A DNA stretch of 59,941 nucleotides, the filler included, from Squatina squatina (lineage: Eukaryota): assembly GCA_031763465.1 (NCBI GenBank). It is 3 parts of 3 records of this genome, joined end to end, with 100 filler letters (N's around TTAATTAATTAA, not from the genome) between each part and the next. Parts side by side here need not be neighbours in the genome. Positions count along the whole stretch, not along the records: positions 23,021 to 45,179 come from JARFOE010000001.1; 2 more parts are not named here. One strand, given 5' to 3'. Positions within the stretch are counted from its first letter, which is position 1. Each line of letters starts with the position of its first letter. The notes under the pieces were generated by a model, which saw only the letters and a program-made list of their open reading frames with translations, ran no database searches and was not told the origin of the DNA. Positions 26,708-38,060 of this stretch are shown in pieces. Made by a program: the position numbers and the translations under genes.

Positions 26708-28514
26708 GTAAGTATGATATTAACTGGTAACTTGGTTGATGATGCAAAAAATAGGACGATTGTGAATTGCCTCTTGCTTTTTACATGTGTAGGATAACTA
26801 CAAGTGTAACTTTTATGTTTTGGTGGGAATGTTCTCCAGAGGAAATAGTTTTATGACTCCCCTTAATTGTCACTATTGCTGTAAGTAAGGTGAACTTCAC
26901 AAAATGGCTTCAATTTTATTTGCATAACATTTACTCTTAAAGCAGTGAGATTTGAGATGGTTAAAGAAAACTGCACTAGTGAATTGCTTCATAAAGGGGA
27001 CTACTCTAAGATATAACCTAACAAGGATGGGCTGGAAAAGTTGCCAATCTTCCACTTCAGTCTTTTCATAAAGAAATTGACCCATTAGTGGAGGTTGAGA
27101 TCCTACCAATAATTCATTGTTCCACACTTTTTGAATGCCAAGACTGCTTGGGACCTTTGAGAGCACAAAAAAAGAGCTGGCGTCTTCATCGTTCTTCTGT
27201 TTCTCTCCCACTCCTTACCCTTGGGAATTATTAGGTTGAACAAAACATCAATTTCTACTAGATTACCCAAGTGGTACTATGATGAATCATCAATCTGTTT
27301 TGGTACAGTGCAAGAAAACTGGAGGGAGAGTCTGAAGCTTAAAATGTGAACTACTGGAAGTTTAGAATTTTAGTAGTTTAGATTGTCTTAATCGCTCTAT
27401 AGTTTTCTCTATCAAATATTGGTGACTCTAGAACAGACCAGCTGGCATAAACTTGAACAATGTTTAAATCTGATCTTCAGCAATAAAAGAACAGCAAAAG
27501 AAAAACATAANNNNNNNNNNNNNNNNNNNNNNNNNNNNNNNNNNNNNNNNNNNNNNNNNNNNNNNNNNNNNNNNNNNNNNNNNNNNNNNNNNNNNNNNNN
27601 NNNNNNNNNNNNNNNNNNNNNNNNNNNNNNNNNNNNNNNNNNNNNNNNNNNNNNNNNNNNNNNNNNNNNNNNNNNNNNNNNNNNNNNNNNNNNNNNNNNN
27701 NNNNNNNNNNNNNNNNNNNNNNNNNNNNNNNNNNNNNNNNNNNNNNNNNNNNNNNNNNNNNNNNNNNNNNNNNNNNNNNNNNNNNNNNNNNNNNNNNNNN
27801 NNNNNNNNNNNNNNNNNNNNNNNNNNNNNNNNNNNNNNNNNNNNNNNNNNNNNNNNNNNNNNNNNNNNNNNNNNNNNNNNNNNNNNNNNNNNNNNNNNNN
27901 NNNNNNNNNNNNNNNNNNNNNNNNNNNNNNNNNNNNNNNNNNNNNNNNNNNNNNNNNNNNNNNNNNNNNNNNNNNNNNNNNNNNNNNNNNNNNNNNNNNG
28001 CACTGGATAACTGCAATCCACACCAGTAGTAACTTGCTGACTTCCATGGGGTATTACAAGCAACACTTGAAACATGTTTTATACCTGTACATTTTTATGA
28101 ATTATGAACTTATGTGCAATCCCATTGTATACAACTTTTATATTTAGAGCTAAAATAACCAAACCCAAATTAACCAAAAGGATAACCAAAAAGTCTTGTT
28201 AATTCACTTGGGGAGACTATATGTGCATACAATTTTTTTTAATCACAAGTAGACTATTTGGTATCTTGAAAGAATGATTTTTTTAATAGTCCTGACTGGC
28301 TTCTTTCAACTGATGTTTGTTAAACTAAGATGTTAATTAAAAGTGCCAAGTGGATTAAATAGGGCCAGTCTGACCCAGTACACTAATTTAGTATGATAAA
28401 TACTGGTGTATACTGTTTGAGGGGAAAAGCTTTCAAATGTGGATTATAGTGTCTGCAATATAGGCCTGTTAGGAGATGATCAATATTATGTCAAGGCAAG
28501 TGTATCCTTCCTTG

Positions 28515-28810
28515 GGTAAGGAGTCCAAAACTGCGCACAGTACTCCGGGTGTGGTCTCACCAGGGCCCTATATAATTACAGAAAGACACACCCTTGTACT
28601 CCAGCCCCCTTGCAATAAAGGCCAGGATACCATTTGGCTTCCTAATTGCTTGTTATACCCGTATGTTAACTTTCTGTGTTTTGTGAACAAGGACACCTAA
28701 CTCTCGCTGAACACTAACATTTAATAGTTTCTCACCATTTAAAAAAATTCTGTTTTCTATTTTTCCAACCAAAGTGAATAACCTCACATTTCCCCACATT
28801 ATAATCCTTC
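28515..28810 (-). mobile_element. CR1 LINE ORF2 fragment
   Basis: Minus frame LNGEKLLNVSVQRELGVLVHKTQKV, the CR1 ..DLGV.V...LK region. Confidence 0.65.
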
Positions 28811-28972
28811 NNNNNNNNNNNNNNNNNNNNNNNNNNNNNNNNNNNNNNNNNNNNNNNNNNNNNNNNNNNNNNNNNNNNNNNNNNNNNNNNNNNNNNNNNN
28901 NNNNNNNNNNCTCCTGGTTGTTATTTAATATCAGGTTCAATAGTGCCCCAGCTCACTCTAGTTCTTTTACTA

Positions 28973-29219
28973 TGTAACAGCCCAGGGTCACAATATTACT
29001 ACAAACAGTTTTATAGATTTACCAATTTATCCTTGGTAAATTAAAGCCATCCAATCTCTGTTCCTGTTCATACCAAGTTCTTGATCCAATCCCTCCTTCT
29101 GACCTAATGGTTTATTACAGACGCCATAGTTAGTTTTCTTCCCCATCGTGTATCTTATCCCTGTTCACGGGGTTGCCATCTTATGTGCACCCGAAGCAGA
29201 CAGGTCAATCTCTATTACA
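28973..29219 (-). mobile_element. Possible solo LTR
   Basis: Termini TGTAA...TTACA, AATAAA on the minus strand near 29111, and an imperfect 4-bp flank match (ACTA/ATTA). Confidence 0.3.
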
Positions 29220-29309
29220 ATTAACTTTTCTTTTGCATAAAAGGCTAACCTGCCCCCTCACTATTTGTATTTTCTATTTTTACTTTTATTACCACTATTA
29301 CAAGAAACA

Positions 29310-29670
29310 TCCACCATTTATATTGTGCCTTTTCATATAGAAAACTTCTCAAGGCAGTTGACACGGTGGAGTAAAAGAAAATAATGAAAGGAATGGATGT
29401 CAAGCCTTGTGCAAGGGTTAGAGGTGTCAAGGCATGGTTGAAAAGATGGCAAGAGAAGTAGAGAGGCAGAGCAATTTAAGCAGGGTGTTCCAAAAAGTAG
29501 GGCTGAGGCATCTGAAGGTTCTGCTACTAATAGTAGGACAAAGAGAGGGAGGGGAATGCACAGAAGGGCAATCATTGGACCAAACGGTATGGAAGGAATG
29601 CAAGGCTAGATAGGTTACAGAGATAGGGTGGATGAAGCCATAAAAGGATCTGAAGATGGATTTTCCCAAC
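29310..29670 (-). mobile_element. L2-clade LINE 3' end
   Basis: Reverse of an L2 tail (…AAAAGGCACAATATAAAT) and FRCLSPTFWNTL (F....P.LWN.LP) in the minus frame. Confidence 0.5.
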
Positions 29671-30267
29671 CGTTGCCTCCCACGGAACACACATCCGAGG
29701 GTAAAGTTCAGCAAAAAGGGGCAATTTGGGCCGTTGCCCCTTTAAAGCTGCTCTGGGATTTCCTGAAGAGTTGGAGCTTTTCCTGCGCTTGTAGTAGGCA
29801 TAGGCCAGTCTGATGCATGCTAATGCGGCAGAAGAATCTTTCCTGGCATCCAACCTCATTTCCCTGATGAGCCAGTTTCTGGGCGCTGTACCCTGACCAG
29901 AGTGTCCGCAGGGGTCCTCCGTTGTCTGTAAAGTGCTTTGGATGTCATGAGGTTGTAAAAGGTGCTGTATAAATTCATTTCAAATAAACATAGCGGACAA
30001 TGCAACTTTTCATTTTGTTGCTTCAGCACATTGCATGCAATATTCCATCATGTTTAGTGCACACAGACAAATACTAGGAAACCACCGGAAAGTTTAAGCA
30101 AGAAATTGATTAAGAGTTCTAACAAAGATGACAGCAAATGATTAACTCAAACCATTAAATTTTAAAATATAAATAAAAAGTTAGTTTCCAAGCAGGTACA
30201 AAATGCTTTATTAAGCAGATTAATCATTGGTCCAGTTGCTAAATTAAAGCCAATAATCAAAAGATAC

Positions 30268-30414
30268 AGTGATGGGGATGGTTCAGCCTTTGATACAATT
30301 TCTTCAGCTTGTTCTTCAACACCATCTGTATCCACTGGAGCTTCATCGAGCTTAAAGGTAGTAATCCGCTTGTTTGGTATGGATTCTGCAAAACCAAACT
30401 TCCCACCTTCCTTC
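30268..30414 (-). CDS. EXOSC9: Exosome complex component RRP45, internal exon
   Basis: 147-nt cag|KEGGKFGFAESIPNKRITTFKLDEAPVDTDGVEEQAEEIVSKAEPSPS|gtatct. Confidence 0.88.
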
Positions 30415-31695
30415 CTGTCCAATGCAAAATTTACAGACAACTTAGTAAGCTTTTGCATAAAATCTTAACAGTTCAGTTTGTAATTGTTATTAATGCATCA
30501 AGTTATTTACTTGAACTATGGTTTTCGTCACTCTGATATTGCTGACTACTGGAGGAGAGGAAAGGAAGGGACACATATTAGAACACTACAGACATGAAAT
30601 TCCTTTGGAAAATGTCAGAGAACCTGGATTTTCATCATTTCCAGATGAATTATGGTTATCTTATAAGAGGTGGGACTTCCGTCCGCCCTGGCACAGGGAC
30701 CTCCTATGCAGAAATCTCCCACTCCTCAGGGCACTGGGACATAGTGTATCACTAGAGGCTGGTACACAGTGACTGGGGGCGTATTGGCCCCCACAAGGCC
30801 CCATTGGTGGGGTCCAGGTCAGGCAAGCAGCCTGGACTCCCAAAGACCAAGATTTTTAAAAAAATGCAGGTTGACCCCCTGCAAGGACCAATGTGTAAGA
30901 ATTTGCAACTCTACAGGCCACATGTGTAGAGCATGAAAACTAATAATGCCACTTAGGATACACAAATAGAGTAGTGCCGTTATCCTGTTGCTGCTTGCAT
31001 CATAAGCTTGTCCCCTTGAATGGTGTTGAAGCAGTCTGATTCAATTGCTGATGACATAGTAACAAAATGTGTTCTTGAGGAAATTAGGAGGAAAAGGCTG
31101 GTCCTCTACCTGTATTATGTTCTGTCCCCTTGAAGATCCATCCACAGCCCCCGTCTAAATTTCCTGGCCTCTGCTGATCAGGGTAGGATCCTGGCGGAAC
31201 ACCGGCTAAGTGNNNNNNNNNNNNNNNNNNNNNNNNNNNNNNNNNNNNNNNNNNNNNNNNNNNNNNNNNNNNNNNNNNNNNNNNNNNNNNNNNNNNNNNN
31301 NNNNNNNNNNNNCCTCCGGGGAGATGAACCCTTAGAAGCTGATTATCTGTAGCTGCCTGCTTGGCAGACAATAGATTGATTGTGGGTGAGCTTATCCATT
31401 TTTTGGCTATATTACTGTTGTGTACGTAAACTGTTGTTATATGTCTGCCTTTTTGCTAAACTAAACCTCCTGGTGAGATTTCTGTATGTGGAGAAATCTA
31501 ATGCTAAATAAACAATGAATTATTAAAACATCCATTTATTGGTGTGGTTAACCATACCTGAGCCCAAGGCACAAATCCCCTCTCCCTGCCTAGTGAACTG
31601 CAGTCTGGTTTGCCAGAGATAGTGGTCAGTAGGGAGGTGCTTGAGATACAAGTTCTCAGGTGCCTACCCGACCTGTCGTGATAATATCTTCTCAC

Positions 31696-31798
31696 CTTTG
31701 CACTGGCTACAACACACAGAGATTCTGTGTCTATGCACTTGGAATTCCTCAGACACCTCTCCAACAGCCGGTTCAGTTTAACTAATAACTCGGATTGC
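31696..31798 (-). CDS. EXOSC9: EXOSC9, internal exon
   Basis: 103-nt cag|QSELLVKLNRLLERCLRNSKCIDTESLCVVASAK|gtgag, part of the RNase PH domain. Confidence 0.92.
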
Positions 31799-31978
31799 CT
31801 GGAATCAGAAAATGTAGACACTATTATTGCAAACTAACTTGCCCAAAAAAGAAAAACTACAGATAGCAGTTATTACATATTCAAACAGCAGAGGTAATGA
31901 GGTACATTACTACATGATCTAAATTCTAACAAAAACAATGGAGAAAAAATATAATTGGAGAAACAAAATGTTAGTTGG

Positions 31979-32156
31979 GGTGAAATTGGTCTTCGGTGGT
32001 AGTGCAAAATAGGCAATAGCGAATTGGCAGCCGGTTTTAAACACTGCCTGATTTTCCTTTCCATTGATTTTGAATTGAAAATAAATTTGAGAGATGTAGA
32101 TAGGCTACCGATTCACTATCATGCATTTTGCACTATAGCTGAGGGCCAATTTCACC
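31979..32156. mobile_element. Hairpin-type MITE
   Basis: Imperfect inverted repeats of about 32 bp or more: GGTGAAATTGGTCTTCGGTGGTAGTGCAAAAT ... ATTTTGCACTATAGCTGAGGGCCAATTTCACC. Confidence 0.6.
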
Positions 32157-32681
32157 GTTTAAAAAGCTGTCAAATTGTTTAACTTGCAAAACAACTTTTC
32201 AATGATTTTATAACTATCTAATTTTGTGTGTACACTTTCCAAAAATCAGGCATATTAAATGAAGAATGTGCATTATTAATCTTCTACATAACTAGACTGC
32301 TTTCATAGATTAAAAAGCTCCACATTTTTAATTCGTTGTTCTACAACAGTTCAAGCGATTCATTAACTGTGCCTCATCACACTGCTCATCTGTGCAGAAG
32401 ACTCTGCAGATAGCAGATCCTAAAAATAGGAGAACAGAATATACAATAAAACAACAGAACTTATTATCAAGGATTTCTAAAATTGAGATAGTAACAGGTG
32501 ACAAAGTGATGGACTAAACATGGTCTGTGAACATTACTAGTCCAAGACACTTATTACAATGGAGATAGAGACAAACAGATTACTAGGGTATGAATAAAAA
32601 AAAACTGAAAAATACACAGATCTGCTGGCATCTGAAAGAGCCAATGCTCTGGTGAAAAGTCTCCACCTGAACAGGAAACCT

Positions 32682-33507
32682 GGGAGTCAAAATTCCCTAG
32701 CGCCGCAAACTGCCCGGCACAATGGGCTGATAAACTGTGTGAAATTGGCCACTTAGGGAAAAAAAACGGAGCGCGGTGCTGGTGGAGACGCAAATAGGCT
32801 CAGTGGAGCGCTGGAGAGGCGACATTACCGGAGCTGCAGCCAATTTCACCCAAACTTCATTGACTCATAATGAGCTTCCACTGTATTCCATTCCTTAAAG
32901 GTGATGTTGTTTCAGGCACCACCTGCTCTCTCTGCTCTTTACCACTGTTCAGTGACCTGAAAGGATTCTATCAGATGGCTGCTGCACCAGGACCCCACCG
33001 AGCCAGCTTCAGTGACCTGGCCCTAGAGTCCTTGGTGGGGACGGTTGAGGGAAGGAGGGATGAGCACTTTCCGCCCTCGGAAAGAAGGCCAACACCACAG
33101 CTGTTCAGGGCCCTGTGGGCAGCTATGGCACAGGAGGTCTTGGGAGCAGACATAGTGCAACGCACCTGGACATGGTGCAGGAAGAAGTTCAACAACTTCA
33201 GTCGAGTGATCAAAGTGAGTACATTTTTAAACTACTCTTACATACCAGCCTTGGAGAGGAAGCTGAGCTAACACCCCTCTCCAACCTGGAGGAGAGAGTG
33301 TTGCGGCTCATTGGACCCCGTGGCCGCAGGAGAGATCCAGCCCGCAGGGGGCAACAATGGTATTTGCATTCCCTCTTCTCATCTCACTTCCCCATTAAAG
33401 CATAAGGCCTTATCACCTTGCATCTCCCCCTTCTGACTGCCTTCCTTGCTCCATTCCTGCCTACCTGCCCTAACCTTAATGTGACTTTTGTGTCATTTAT
33501 GCTTTCA
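32682..33507 (+). mobile_element. PIF/Harbinger-type transposon remnant with Myb/SANT-like ORF (about 32974-33320)
   Basis: RASFSDLALESLV..VEGRRD..FP...LWAAMAQEV....RTWTWCRKKFNN, then LTPLSNLEERVLRLIG; Myb/SANT-like DNA-binding protein of the Harbinger type. Confidence 0.65.
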
Positions 33508-33935
33508 NNNNNNNNNNNNNNNNNNNNNNNNNNNNNNNNNNNNNNNNNNNNNNNNNNNNNNNNNNNNNNNNNNNNNNNNNNNNNNNNNNNNNNNNNNNNN
33601 NNNNNNNCATTCGGTTCCTGAAATAACCAGTTTTGAAATTATCGTGGGTCTGCGCACCTAAATATTTCAATCTTCAAGACAATTAGCACCTAACTTAGCT
33701 GGGTCAAAACAGCATGCTTACAAAACTGAATTTCCACTTCCGGCTGGTTTCCCAATTTAAATAAATATTTTATACATTAAAATGAGAAGGTATGAAACAC
33801 AGAAAATAATTTTAATGCACCAGGTCTCAAAAGCATAAAATATACACTTCTGGTGTCAAAAAGGAAAAACTAGTTGGTTGCTGGAAAATTATTTACAATT
33901 GTAATCTTCCATGGTTGACTACATGCCAGACTAAC

Positions 33936-34055
33936 CTGCCAGGTTCAAACGCGGGAGAAGCCATTGGAGAGAGCTCCAAATTGAAGAAGATGATACCGTC
34001 TGTAGGCCGACTAGGTTTAGGAGTAACAAGTTCACATGACACTTGTGCAAGGACT
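33936..34055 (-). CDS. EXOSC9: EXOSC9, internal exon
   Basis: 120-nt cag|VLAQVSCELVTPKPSRPTDGIIFFNLELSPMASPAFEPG(R)|gttag; its phase matches the 31696-31798 exon. Confidence 0.92.
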
Positions 34056-34159
34056 CTGAAATGACAGTTGAAGACAAATTAGCAAAGACAACAACTTTTA
34101 CTTTGACTCCAGAAAATAGAACAGGTCTACATAATAATAGCCAATATTAACCGTACCAA

Positions 34160-34300
34160 CTACAGCACTGAGGGAGTGCTGCATTGTCAGAGGTGCCGTC
34201 TTTTAGATTAAACGTTTAAACCGTCTATATGTTCAGGTGAACGTAAAAGGACTTGGCACTATTCAACGAGGAGCAAGGAGTTTTCTGTTGTCCTGGCAAA
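34160..34300 (+). mobile_element. Deu-domain SINE fragment
   Basis: CAGCACTGAGGGAGTGCTGCATTGTCAGAGGTGCCGTCTTT...CAGGTGAACGTAAAAG...GGCACTATT. Confidence 0.7.
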
Positions 34301-34857
34301 AATAATGGTTCTTTGCAGCACTCCTGTGCCACCTTTGTCCAATTAAGTTTTATTTAGTTGGTTCCTAGCTGTCTTCCTTGCTTCCATGCCTTTTTCACAG
34401 CCCTCCCTGCCTTAAAAAATGGTACTTTTCCTACATGTTGATGGCAACAAGAACATTCTAGTCAGTTGCTCCATTGGCAGCTCAAGTGTGCCTCTTCATC
34501 TCTCCTCCTTTAAAATCAATGCTGCCTCTCAACCACCGGCCCAGTTTGAATAGGCACTAGAATTTCATTCTTGGGAGCTGTTTCGCTTGACATTTGTGCC
34601 AGCACCAAGGATTTTCTCTTTATTGTTCATCGACTGCTACTAGACAATAGCTTTCTGTGTCGAAATGGTGTAGTTAAAGCAGGCCTGGTGGCAGTTGGCA
34701 TCCCAGCAGAGAACTGCTCAGGAAGAGCTGCCACATTGAGCCATTGCTGCTGACACCNNNNNNNNNNNNNNNNNNNNNNNNNNNNNNNNNNNNNNNNNNN
34801 NNNNNNNNNNNNNNNNNNNNNNNNNNNNNNNNNNNNNNNNNNNNNNNNNNNNNNNNN

Positions 34858-35433
34858 GGCATGTCCAGGTGTACTGTTGCCCTTGAAATGTAAGGGCAAA
34901 TTTGTACTGGTCTTCCCGTTTATGGGGAATTGACCAGAACCCATTGGAGATATCCAGCACTGTGAAAGTGGTTGCGGTCTGGAATGCTCCCTATGAGGTC
35001 AGCAACAGTCGCACTGTGGGCGCGCAGGCTGGGATATTTTTATTGAGCACACGATAGTCCACAGTGGCTCTCCACGACTGGTTGGGCTTCTTAACCGGCC
35101 AAAGTGGTGAGTTTACGTGGGTGGCTATCAGCCTCAACACCCCCTGTTCTACGAGGGATCCCAGTGCCGTCTCTAAGTTGGCTCCTGCCTCTCTGGGGAA
35201 ACTGTACTGTTTCTGTGGCCATGACATGGGGTCCCCTTGCACCCACTTCTACCCCTGTCACCCTGCCACAGTCGTGCTTGTGAGTGGCAAATGTGGCGAG
35301 GTTGTCCTGCACGTTCACCTGATATTTGGCTGGGGTATTATAGACCAACTGCTCTCGGTCGTAATTCCCCTTGGGCTTCATAGTACAAACACTACCCCTT
35401 CCTTCCCTATCTTTTGGGATCACTAGCACCTCC
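34858..35433 (-). mobile_element. Endogenous retrovirus-like pro/RT fragment (copy A; same family as 46927-52480)
   Basis: Frameshifted PQKQY.FPREA...NSPLWPVKKPNQSWRATVDYRVLNK...VLDISNGFWSIP...QYKFALTFQGQQYTWTC. Confidence 0.9.
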
Positions 35434-35533
35434 NNNNNNNNNNNNNNNNNNNNNNNNNNNNNNNNNNNNNNNNNNNNNNNNNNNNNNNNNNNNNNNNNNN
35501 NNNNNNNNNNNNNNNNNNNNNNNNNNNNNNNNN

Positions 35534-35675
35534 CGTTGCTGTGTGTGCAGTTATTTACCCCCCATGGGTTTGCAGAGCACTGATTGCGGGTAGGCTCTGT
35601 CCCGTTACACTGTCCCCAGTCCCCTGTCCATAGTCGGCGCCTCCTGTTGCTGACAGAGCCGTCCCACAGTTCAAC
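35534..35675 (-). pseudogene. Truncated SRCR pseudo-exon
   Basis: Only the 3' half of an SRCR exon remains. It is fused to the minisatellite and has a 19-nt deletion at 35610/35611 relative to the intact copies. Confidence 0.75.
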
Positions 35676-36179
35676 GAGTGGGGAACTCCCCTCGCCCGAG
35701 CGGGGAACACCCGTCACCCGAGTGGGGAACTCCCCGTGCCCGAGCGGGGAACACCAGTCACCCGAGTGGGGAACTCCCCTCAACCGAGCGGGGAACTCCC
35801 CTCAACCGAGCGGGTAAGTCCACTCACCTGAGTGGGGAACTCACTTCACCCGAGCGGGGAACACCCCTGCCCCGAGTGGGGATCTCCACTCACCCGGGCG
35901 GAGAATTCCTCTCACCCGAGCGCGGAGCTCCCCTCACCCGAGCGCGGAGCTCCCCTCACCCGAACGGGGAACTCCCCTCACCCGAGCCGGGATCTCCTCT
36001 CACCTGAGTGGGGATGTCGCCTCGCCCGAGCGGGGAACACCATTCACCCGAGCGGGGAACTTCCCTCAACCGAGCGGGAAACTCTACTCACCCGAGCGGG
36101 GAACTCCTGTCACCCGAGCAGGTAAGACCACTCACTCGAGCGGGGAACTCACTTCACCCGTGCGGGGAACTCCACTCAC
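35676..36179. repeat. 22-bp minisatellite (about 23 units)
   Basis: Tandem TCACCCGAGCGGGGAACTCC(A/C)C; on the minus strand each unit equals the exon end plus GTGAGT. Confidence 0.92.
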
Positions 36180-36494
36180 CCGAGCAGGTAACTCCGGCGT
36201 CCTGGCTGTGTGTGCAGTTATTCAGCCCCCATGGGTTGGCAGAGCACTGATCGAGGGCAGGCTCTGTCCAGTTACATCTCACATCATCCAACGAGATGTC
36301 CCCAGTCCCCTCTCCATAGTAGGCGCCTCGTGTTGCTATCAGGGCCGTCCCACAGTTCAACAGTCTGCAGACCACGTTTGCTGCATTCACATCCCAGCCA
36401 TTGTCACAGACGGTCCCCCAGGAGGAGTTATGGTAGACCTCAACTCTCCCGGAGCACATGTTGGTACCGTTCACCAGCCGTATGGGCACCGGTC
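36180..36494 (-). CDS. Group-B SRCR domain exon (DMBT1/CD163-like), domain 5 in this window
   Basis: 315-nt phase 1-1 AG/GT exon; IRLVNGTNMCSGRVEVYHNSSWGTVCD...HSQDAGVTCS, 8 Cys. Confidence 0.9.
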
Positions 36495-36765
36495 CTGGAA
36501 TAAAGACAGGAGCACGATTTAACGGGTTTCCACAATGCCGGAAGGAATCAACAGGGCCCAGACATCAGCATGCTCTTAACACCCACGTGAGCCTCTCAAC
36601 CAGCATCCTCATAATAAAGTTCAACATCCGACCTCACCCTATACTATGGTGGACGGGCGATGGTCAATGGGGGAGTGGGACGCTGTGTGCTCTGTCCTAT
36701 TTTCCCAGTCATGTGCTAGCATGACATTTCTGCATGGGGTCACATAGAGGGCGAAATTGCACAAC

Positions 36766-37310
36766 ACCCCGTTTGTAGGCGGCAAACCTGGTGAGGCAGG
36801 ACATCCAGCGCCCAGCGCAGAAGTCCCGCCCCGGAAGTGAAACTGTGGTTACTGCCCCCGAGAGGAAGTGGAGGTGGCTCAGGAGTCCTCAGCGCGCAAC
36901 TTAGAGTGTTATGCAGCCTCTCCACATTGCACTGACACGATGCCAGGACCACGCGAAATTCCACACGGAGGCGGGGCTGGTAAATTGGAGGTCAACGCAA
37001 AATGGCGCCGCGCACCACCCCTTTAACTTACGCCCCACGAGCTGAGTGCGGCCCGTTTCACAACCGGCAAGCTGGCACTAACATTGCCCGCGTTAGCCTC
37101 ACATGGCGCAGCCCAATGTCCACCGTTTGGCAAAGGGGTCGCCACGCACAGCAATGACATCATCTCCAGAGGCGCAGCGGCCCGTTTTGATACCGGCGGG
37201 GGCGGGGCGTTACCGGATTTGCGCCTCCGCTGACGCCCGCACAATTTCACGGGAGCCGGTAGCACCACCCCATCCCCCCGGGTGAAAAATTGTTTGCGCC
37301 CCGTTAGCGC
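36766..37310. mobile_element. GC/CpG-rich non-autonomous DNA-transposon-like insert
   Basis: Abrupt CpG-rich block starting GGGCGAAATTGC and containing CAATTTCAC; resembles the other G4TGAAATT-type termini in the window. Confidence 0.35.
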
Positions 37311-37547
37311 CATTCAGAAGTCACTAACGGCAGTCGCAAGCCATGCACGTTTTTATCCCATAAACTCCACTCAGCGTTATTAAATTTCCTCTGCCATGTG
37401 TCTGCCCAGTTCACCAGCCTGCATATCTCCTCCTGAAGTCTGTTACTNNNNNNNNNNNNNNNNNNNNNNNNNNNNNNNNNNNNNNNNNNNNNNNNNNNNN
37501 NNNNNNNNNNNNNNNNNNNNNNNNNNNNNNNNNNNNNNNNNNNNNNN

Positions 37548-37745
37548 CTCACCCGAGTGGAGAACTCACCCAAGCAGCTAACTCCTCTCCCGCGAGCGGG
37601 GAACTCCACTCACCCGAGCGGCTAACTCCCCTCGCCCGAGCGGGGAACTCCCCTCGCCCGAGCGGGGAACTCCCATCCCCCGAGAGGGGAACTCCACTCG
37701 CCCGAGCGGGGAACTCCACTCGCCCGAGCGGGGAACTCCACTCAC
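37548..37745. repeat. 22-bp minisatellite (about 9 units)
   Basis: Same unit as 35676-36179, starting at the donor of the 37746-38060 exon. Confidence 0.9.
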
Positions 37746-38060
37746 CTGAGCAGGTAACTCCAGCATCCTTGCTGTGTGTGCAGTTATTTAGACCCAATGA
37801 GCTTGCAGAGCACTGATCGAGGGCAGACTCTGCCCCATTACACCGCACACCACCTAACCAGATGTCTCCAGTCCCCTCTCCATAGTCGGCGCCTCCTGTT
37901 GCTGACAGGCCCGTCCCACAGTTCACAACTCTGCAGACCACACTCGCTGCATTTACATCCCAGCCATTGTCGCAGACGGTCCCCCAGACGGATTTACGAA
38001 AGACCTCAACTCTCCCAGAGCACATGTTGGTTCCGTTCACCAGCCGTACGGGCACCGGAC
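37746..38060 (-). CDS. Group-B SRCR domain exon, domain 4
   Basis: 315-nt tag|GPVPVRLVNGTNMCSGRVEVFRKSVWGTVCD...HSKDAGVTCS|gtgagt. Confidence 0.9.

Noticed and set aside
27412-28147. Long ORFs of 179-242 aa
   Set aside because: Almost entirely X from an N gap.
35091-35783. 230-aa ORF apparently fusing SRCR to retroviral pol
   Set aside because: The fusion runs across a 100-N gap between separate contigs and the SRCR part is frameshifted; no evidence of viral gene capture.
35676-36179. CRISPR-like array
   Set aside because: Units are directly tandem with no unique spacers, there are no cas genes, and the context is vertebrate; it is a minisatellite.
35584-36250. Plus-strand Pro/Ser/Gly-rich ORFs
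   Set aside because: Translations of the GC-rich 22-bp repeat and antisense SRCR exons, with no splice or domain support.
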